Positions 17,201 to 26,200 of a stretch of DNA of 46,932 nucleotides are shown here, one piece after another; the stretch's first letter is position 1, and every line of letters starts with the position of its first letter. The stretch is from a virus (taxonomy: Duplodnaviria > Caudoviricetes), in IMG/VR virus record IMGVR_UViG_3300044513_002891, positions 1 through 46,932 of that record; one strand, given 5' to 3'. A program made the position numbers and the translations under genes. Under the pieces are notes generated by a model that was not told the origin of the DNA, searched no databases, and saw only the letters and a program-made list of their open reading frames with translations.

Positions 17201-20200
17201 ACATAATAGAGATTATGTTTTTACTGCTGAAGGATTTATTAAACTTACAGATAACGTAACACTTGCTGTTGATGACACAATAGACATTTATGAATATGAC
17301 TCAACAGATGCTTCATATATTCCGCCAACACCTACAAAGTTAGGTTTATGGCCGTTACACATTCCAGCAATATATGTTGATGATTCTTATCAAACATCAC
17401 AAACAGTTATTAAAGGACACGACGGTAGTATTGTAAAAGCCTACGGTGACTATAGAGATAACTTGTTATTAGAATTAGAACTAAGAATTTACAACAATAT
17501 TAAAGTAAAATACGACACAAAAATATTTGATGTTGATTCTTTTATAGGTCACTATTCAAGAAATACCGGATTTGATACAGAAGATCTAAACGATATTATT
17601 ATCACTGATTTTGCTGACTGGTTATCAGTTGCAGGCGATCCTGATTATACTGATATTAGTTTTTATGATAGAACGAATTCCTTTACATGGAATTACAGTT
17701 ATATGACCGATCCAAACGGAAAACCTTTACCGGGTTTTTGGAGAGCAATTTATAACGATTATTTAGGAACAGATACTCCGCATACTACACCGTGGAAAAT
17801 TTTAGGTTATGTAGATAAACCAGAGTGGTGGGAAACTGTTTATGGTGCGGCACCTTATACAAAAGAAAATTTAATTTTGTGGGAAGATTTACAAGAAGGT
17901 AGAGTACGTCAACCTCTTAATCCAATTAGATATCGTCCAGAATATGCAAGACGTGACTTATTAAAATACACTCCAGTAAATTCAAGAGGTGAATTATTAA
18001 GTCCATATGAATCAGGATTTGCACAAGGGTTAATTGTACCAGAAACAAACAGACAGTTTGTGTTTGGCGACCAAGCGCCTACAGAAACAGCATGGCGTAG
18101 AGGAAGTGAGTATCCGTTTGCTTTCTTAACAGCATGGTTAATTCACCAACCTTCAAAAGTAATTGGCATAGGTTTTGATAGATCACGTATTATAAGAAAT
18201 ACAGCAGGCGAATTAATTTATACAGGAAGTAACAAACGTCTTAAAGTTAGCGATTTAATTTTTCCTAATACGTCAAGTAGTACTGTAAGAACGTCTACTG
18301 CTGGTTTAGTAAACTATGTTTTCAACTATATTAATGCAGATGTTACAAAACTAAATGTAAATTATAGTAATGAAGTTTCTAAGTTAAATGTACAACTTGG
18401 ATTTAAGATTGGCGGCTTTAGTACAAAAGATAAATTTAGATTAGTTTTAGATTCACGTACACCTAACAATAAAGGTAACGTGTTTATTCCTGAAGAAAAT
18501 TATGATTTATTCTTAAACACATCATCACCGATTGATACAGTATCTTACAGTGGTGTTATTATTGAAAAACGACCTGCAGGATATATTGTTAAAGGATATG
18601 ATAGAGCAAAACCATATTTTAGTTACTATAAGCATCTTGAACGTGCAAAAGATCCTGTTGTAAATATTGGTGGTGTAAGTGAATCATTCCTTGAATGGGT
18701 ACCTGGCGAAAGATACCAAGCAGGACAGATTGTACGTAACGGTCAAACGTTCTTTAGAGTACAACAGTCAGGAACGTTTGATACATTTATTCAAGATAAT
18801 TTTGTTAAGTTAGTAGAACTACCTATCGAAGGTGGTAGAACTATAATTCTAAGAAGAGAGTTTGAAACTGCAACATCAAAATTAAATTACGGAACACTGT
18901 TTACAACAGTACAGGGTGTTGTTGATTTCTTACTTGGCTATGGAAAGTTTTTAGAAAAACAAGGTTTTGTATTTGATAGATTTAATGGAACTATTGAAAC
19001 AGTTGAGAACTGGGAACTATCAGCAAGAGAGTTTACTTTCTGGACTACACAAAATTGGAATAATGGTGCGTTATTAACTTTATCTCCAAGTGCTATTAAC
19101 TTGAACTTTAAAAGAGAGTATGCAGTTGTAGACAACATCTTTGATAACTTTTATGATTACACATTATTAAAAGCAGACGGACAAAAATTACAAGAAGATT
19201 TTGCAAACACAATTAGAAGTAGTCAAAACGAGTTTGGTCTTACACTTAAAAACACAGCAGATGGAATTTACTTTGTTAAATTACCATTAGTTCAAAAAGA
19301 GCACGTTTGTTTAATTGATAATAAAACAGTCTTTAATGATACAATTTATAATCCAGCACCTGGTTATAGACAAGCAAGAATTAAAGTTCTTGGTTATCGT
19401 AGCACAGACTGGAACGGTGGTGTAAACATTCCAGGCTTTACACTTGATAGTGTTAATGTAGTTGATTGGAAAGAAAATACAGATTATCAAATCGCTGACG
19501 TTGTTTATTACAAAACACGTTACTATAGTGCAAAAACAAAAATACCTGGATCGACGGTGTTTAATGCAGACGAGTGGTATTTGTTAAATGAAAAACCAAG
19601 TAATGAACTAATACCAAACTTTGATTATAAAGCAAATCAGTTTGCAGACTTTTATGATTTAGATACTGACAACTTTGACAGTGAACAACAAAGAATGGCA
19701 CAGCATCTAATTGGTTATCAAAAGAGAACATACTTAGAAAATATTATTAATGATGATGTTTCACAGTATAAATTCTATCAAGGATTTATTCAAGACAAGG
19801 GTACAAAAAACTCTTTAGAAAAATTATTTGATGCATTATCAAACACAGAAAATTCAAGTTTAGAATTTTTTGAAGATTGGGCGTTTAAAGTAGGACAATA
19901 CGGTGCAAGTGAATCGTTTGACGAAGTTGAATATGAAATTGATGAATCTAAATTTAGACTTTCACCACAGCCGTTTCAATTAGTACAAAATATTGATCCT
20001 CAAGCAACAGACTTAGTTTATAGATATACTCCTGTTGATCTTTATAGCAAACCTGCCAAGTATGATCATAAACCTTTCCCAACAAAATATGTTGCTGAAG
20101 ATTCATCATACATTAAGACTGCAGGTTATGTTGCTGAAGAAGATATTAATTATAAAGTTACAAACTATGATGATATTTTAAATTTAGATCTTAACACAGT

Positions 20201-23200
20201 AGAAATAGGCCAGTATGTTTGGGTCGCTAAGAAAGGCCAAACTTGGGACGTATTACGTCAAACTGAAACTGATATGAAAGTATCAAGTATTATAAACAGT
20301 GACAGTTCTAAGTCTATTGAAATTAAAACTAAGAAAGCACCAGATACACAACCAGGTGACATCATTGGTGTGTTAGGTGTAGGTCCTAAACAGAACAGAT
20401 TTTATAAAGTTCTAAGAGTAAGTTTAGATGTAATTTATGCTCAAACAACTGGCGAAGTTGAAGATGCTCCTGAAGCAAGTGGTTTTATATTAAAACTTGT
20501 AAGTTCAAGAGTAGCAAACCTCACAGATGTTAATAGTAAAATTACAAGGGACAACTACTCAACACAGGAACGTGTTTGGGTTGACTATGATGAAAATAAT
20601 AGATGGACAGTTGTTGAAAATCAAAACACATATTCAATCGCACAACAAGTTTTTAATACAACAGTAGCAGGTGTTCAAGATACTGATGTAAGAGCATTTG
20701 GCACAAGCATTAGTTCAAATACAAATAACACTATTATTGCAGTAGGGTCACCGGCGCCTATTGGAGCAACAGAATTAAGAAATGGACAAACTAAACCAGT
20801 TCTTGGTAGAGTAGATGTACACTTTAGAGCAAGTGAAAATATTAATCTTATTTTATCACAGTCGTTTGATTGTCCTGAAAACTATTTTGATAATGTTGAA
20901 AACTTCGGTAAGTCAACAGCAGTTTCGTCAGATGGTAAATGGATATTTGTAGGTATTCCTTATGCTTCGAATGTAAAAACAAAATACAAAGGACCTTTTG
21001 TTTCTTCAGCATCATACCAGAAAGATGAAATTGTAGAGTATACTAATCAATATTGGAAAGCAAAGAATATTATTGAGCCAACTGATCCAAGTTTAGATTT
21101 TCCAAGTTTCAGTTCTCACTTAAGACATTTAATTAGCACATACGATGCTAATACTCAGCAGTATGATAATGTCTATTATATTCTAAGAGGTAACTTTACA
21201 TTCCAAGAAGAAACTACAGATCACGTTTTAATTAGAGCACCGAGACTTGCATATGTAGCAACAACTCCGGGTGATACTTTACAACTTTTCTGGAATGATA
21301 TTAATACAAGATACCCAAGTGGTGTACAACCATTTAATGGTAACCCAACAATAAACAAAACTTTCTTTGATGGTAATCATACTATTGCTGACAAAGTTGA
21401 TGATATTCTTTTAGTAGATAACACACAGGCTATACCAAGTGTGGGCGAAACAATTAGTAGTGCAACAGCAGTTGGTGTCGTTGCGTTTACTTATACAACA
21501 GGCGACAATAGAACTTTAATTTATGTTAAAGATGCAAATGGTGATTTCGAATCTACAGGTACACTGTTTGTAGGTGATATATCCGTTGGTGCATATGAAA
21601 GAGCAGTTGAACAAGATTACGATGCACTTGGCGGTTGGTGGAAGATTAACGTCGGATCAACATTCCAGTCTATTGCAACTATTGAAACTAAACCGTATCT
21701 TGTTATTCAAGATGTTATTCAACAAGGTGTTGTTAGAAATCCAAACTATTATCAAAACGTACTAAGAATTACTGACGATGCAACATCTCCAACTATAACT
21801 TCTTATATTGAGAGTTTAACATTTACTGGAGACTCCGGTGATGAGTTATCTGATAAGTGGGTATTTAGAGCACCAAGAACATTAGACACTGATTTAACTG
21901 TAGGTAGTACATTTAATTTCTTCTTTAATGAATACAGAAATGCAGACAATGTATTACAAGATCCAACAGCAATTGGTAGTAATATTACTCATGATTACCT
22001 AAACAATACGTTACATACTGTAAACGATATTTGGGACGGTTGGATTGATGTTAACTTAACAAACTTTGATGATAGAGGTTCTCCTACACCAGGCGATCCA
22101 GATTTCAACCCTAATTACGGTAATCCCTTTATTCCTGTTGTAGGGGATACAGTTCAAGACAATGATACATTAGCAACAGGTCAAGTTGTTTATCTTGAAA
22201 AAGTTTTTAACAGTTTAAGAGTATGGATTAAAAACAAAACAGGAACTTGGAAGTTAGGAAATGAAAACCAAGCAATATCAAGTTTAAGTATTGTTGGCGG
22301 CTCTCAAGGTGTTGGCGTAATTAGACTTGTAGGTACAACTCAAGATGTACATTTACAATCACAAACAGCAGGATACATTGTTGTTGTAGACAGAGGCGAA
22401 AATATTCCAAGAGGTACATCACGTACACTACAAGGATTTGAATATTGGATTTATAAATCTATTCTATTAGATGGTATTGCAAGATCTGCAAACCCACCAT
22501 CTAAAACAAATAATGACTGGACAAGAGTATACAATATTCCAGCAGGAATAAACGAAACATCAAGTGGATTAGCAAGACAAGGTGCTTATGCAATATACCA
22601 ACGAAATGCAAGTAACTTCTTTACACTTATAGGAATATATTCAAGTCCAGATGCACAACAAGACAGATATCTTGGAAGTGATATTAGAATTGTATCTCAT
22701 ACTAACGGTACATACTCTGCTTATATTTTAAGCAAAGGTAATGCAACATTTAATCAACCAGGTAGAATAAACATTCTAAACTATGATGTAAACAATGGTT
22801 GGAAACTTGGTGCTGATGAAAATTACAGAGGCGACTTTACAAGTACTGTTGCATATTTCCAAGACGAGTATGTTAAGTTTAATGACTCAGTTTACAAAGC
22901 AAAAACTAATTTAATTCCAGGAGGCTTTAGGGCATCCGATTGGGAAGAAGTTTCAACAGGTGTACAACTAACTGGATTCCTTCCTAATAATACAGGATTT
23001 ATTGTTGGAACTGACAGTGCTATTGAAACTGAAAACTTATACGAGTTTGGAACACAGTTTGATATTAGTTTCACTGGTAGCGTATTAGCAACTGTTGTTA
23101 AGTACGGCGATGCAGTTGACAGTTCAGTTGCAACAAGAAAATTAGTTATCTATAGAAAATCATTGTTAGGACATTATGTATTTGATCAAATGATTGACGC

Positions 23201-26200
23201 ACCTTATCCAAATATTAATTATGGTGATTCGGTTGCAGTTTCAACAGATGGCAAATTTATTGCAGTAGGTGCTCCTAATTATACAGACACATATTCAAAC
23301 CAAGGTACAGTGTTTATATACGAACAAATCAATGGTAGATTTGAACAGGTCCAACACTTAATAGGTCCTAAAGGATTACCTAATGAAAAGTTTGGTACAG
23401 TAATTAGATATGATAACGATAGAATTGTAGTTCACTCCGCGGGTGGTGACTTATTCAATAGAACAGAGTTTGATTCAGGTACAACAGTATTTGATAATGG
23501 AACAACAATCTTTAGTTCAACACTTGTTGATACAGGTGAAGTATTTGTATTTGAACTGTTAGGTAATAGATATGTTTACAGTGATAAATTAGAATACTCT
23601 AATGACAAAACATTATACTTTGGTAGAACACTATTAATTAAAAACAATCACATTTATGTTTCATTACCACAATTTAAGCGTGATGGCAAAAATGTTACAG
23701 GACAAATTTTAGATTATAGAGTTACGCCAAACACAAGACTATGGTCAAGAAAAAGAAATCAAAGACCTCTTGTTGATATTGAAAAGATTAAAGGTATTTC
23801 GATATATGATAAAGATACTAAAATCTTACAAGAGTATTTAGATTACATTGATCCTATTCAAGGAAAAATTGCAGGTCAAGCAGAGGTTGAACTTTCATTC
23901 AAAACTACATTTGATCCGTCAACATATAACAACGTAGATACAACCGATGTTAATAAAGACGAAACATCATTTACGTCAACAGACATGGTTGGTAAATTAT
24001 GGTGGGATACTGATGCTGTAAGATTTATTAATCCATATAGTAATACAGGAAATATTTTCAATGTTGGAAATACATTTAATACAGTATTCCCAGGAACAGA
24101 AATTGAAATTTACGAATGGGTTGAAACTAAATTAACACCAGAAGAATGGGACGCTCAAGCAGATACTGAAGCAGGACTTACTGAAGGTATTAGTGGTAAA
24201 TCGAAATACGGAATAAAGGCATATAGTACTAAGCGTGTTTATGATGAACCAGCACAGAAATTTACAACTTATTATTACTTCTGGGTACGCAACAAAAAAA
24301 CTGTTCCGAACTTACCAGGTAGATTAATTAGTGCGGCAGATGTACAAGAATTAATTAGAGAGCCGTCAGGACAAGGTTATAAGTTTATTAACTTCCTTAA
24401 TAACAATGAATGGACTGCACATAATTTAGAAAGTACAATACGTGGTAAAAATGGTGTATTGAAATTTGCTTATTGGAATATTGATAAAACAGATAATAAT
24501 ATTCATAATCAATATAAACTTATTACTGATGGCTTAGAAACAAGTAGACCTAAATCAGACCTTGAAAGAAAATGGTACGATAGTTTAATTGGTTATGATG
24601 AGCAAGGACGAGAAGTTCCTGATAGATTCTTAGGCGAAAAAGAACGTTATGGCATTCTAAACAATCCAAGACAAACTATTTTTGTTAACAGAATTGAAGC
24701 ATTAAAACAATTTGTTGAAAGAGTTAACAGCGTTTTAATTAAAAATGTTTTAATTGATGACTTTGATTTATCTGATTTAGATAGTAACGACCCAATTCCA
24801 ACATTGTCATCAAGAAGATACGATGTTCAAATAGATTCTGATTCTGAATTACAATTTGTTGCTGTAGGTAGAGTAGCAAAAGCAACAGCAAGTGCAACAA
24901 TTTCAGATGGTAAGATTATAAGAGTAGACATAACAAATCCTGGTAGAGGATACAAAACTGTTCCTACACTTAGAATTAATTCAAGCACAGGTTCCGATGC
25001 TGAAATAAGATTAGAAATTAATGCAATAGGATCTGTAACATCTGCAACAGTAATCAATAGTGGTAGAAACTATCAAACAAGTGATACAATTACTATTAGA
25101 AACTTTACAGTTTTAACAACAGTAGATAATAGTTATGCTAACAAGTGGTCATTATACGAATACGTAGGTGGTGCTGAACCTTGGAATAGAATTGCAAGTC
25201 AGCGTTATGATGTTAGACCATATTGGAATTACACAGACTGGTATGCAACAAATTACAATACACTAACTAAAATAGATTATGTAATTGACGAAACATATGA
25301 ACTTGAAGCCTTAGATGATACCTTTGGTGATATTATCAAGATCAAATCAGTTGGCTCAGGTGGCTGGTTACTATTACGTAAGATTGATGATCAACTAAAC
25401 GTTGATTACACTATAAACTATCAAACAATAGGTAGACAAAATGCTACAGTACAACTTAAATCATCAATATATGATTATGCAGATGACTTAGTTGGTTATG
25501 ACTCATTTGGTTATGATGATAGTGCATTTGATTTACAACCAATTGACGAATTAAGAATTGTTCTCAAAGCACTAAGAGATAAGATCTTTGTTGACAACTT
25601 AGCAGTTCATTATAATGAATTGTTCTTTGCACAGATGCGTTATGTATTATCTGAGCAAACTTTTGTTGACTGGATGTTTAAAACAAGTTTTGTTAAAGCA
25701 ACACACAACATTGGTAAGTTAAGAAAAGATATTACGTTTAATAATGACTTCTTAGAAAGTTATGAAAATTATGCTAATGAAGTTAAACCTTATAAAACAA
25801 AAATTAGAGAGTATTTAAGCACATACGAAGGTAGTGAAAACTCTCAAACTATGGTAACTGATTTTGATTTACCTCCAGCATATGATGAACAACAAGGTAG
25901 AATTGTTCCACAGAACGCTGTTGTTGTTAATGATGAATTAAGAGTAGCAAGTAACTTAATTAATTCTTATCCATACAAGCATTGGGCAGATAATGCAAGT
26001 TATGAGATTAAAGATATTACAATATTTGATGCAGGTGCAGGATATGAAAATGCACCAGGTGTTGAGTTTGTCGGCGGCGGCGGTAGCGGAGCAACAGCAA
26101 TAGCGTATGTTGGCGGCGGCAAGATTACAGAAATTAAAATTACTAATCCAGGTACTGGATACCTAAGTGCTCCAAAAATTGTACTAAATGGCAATGTTGC

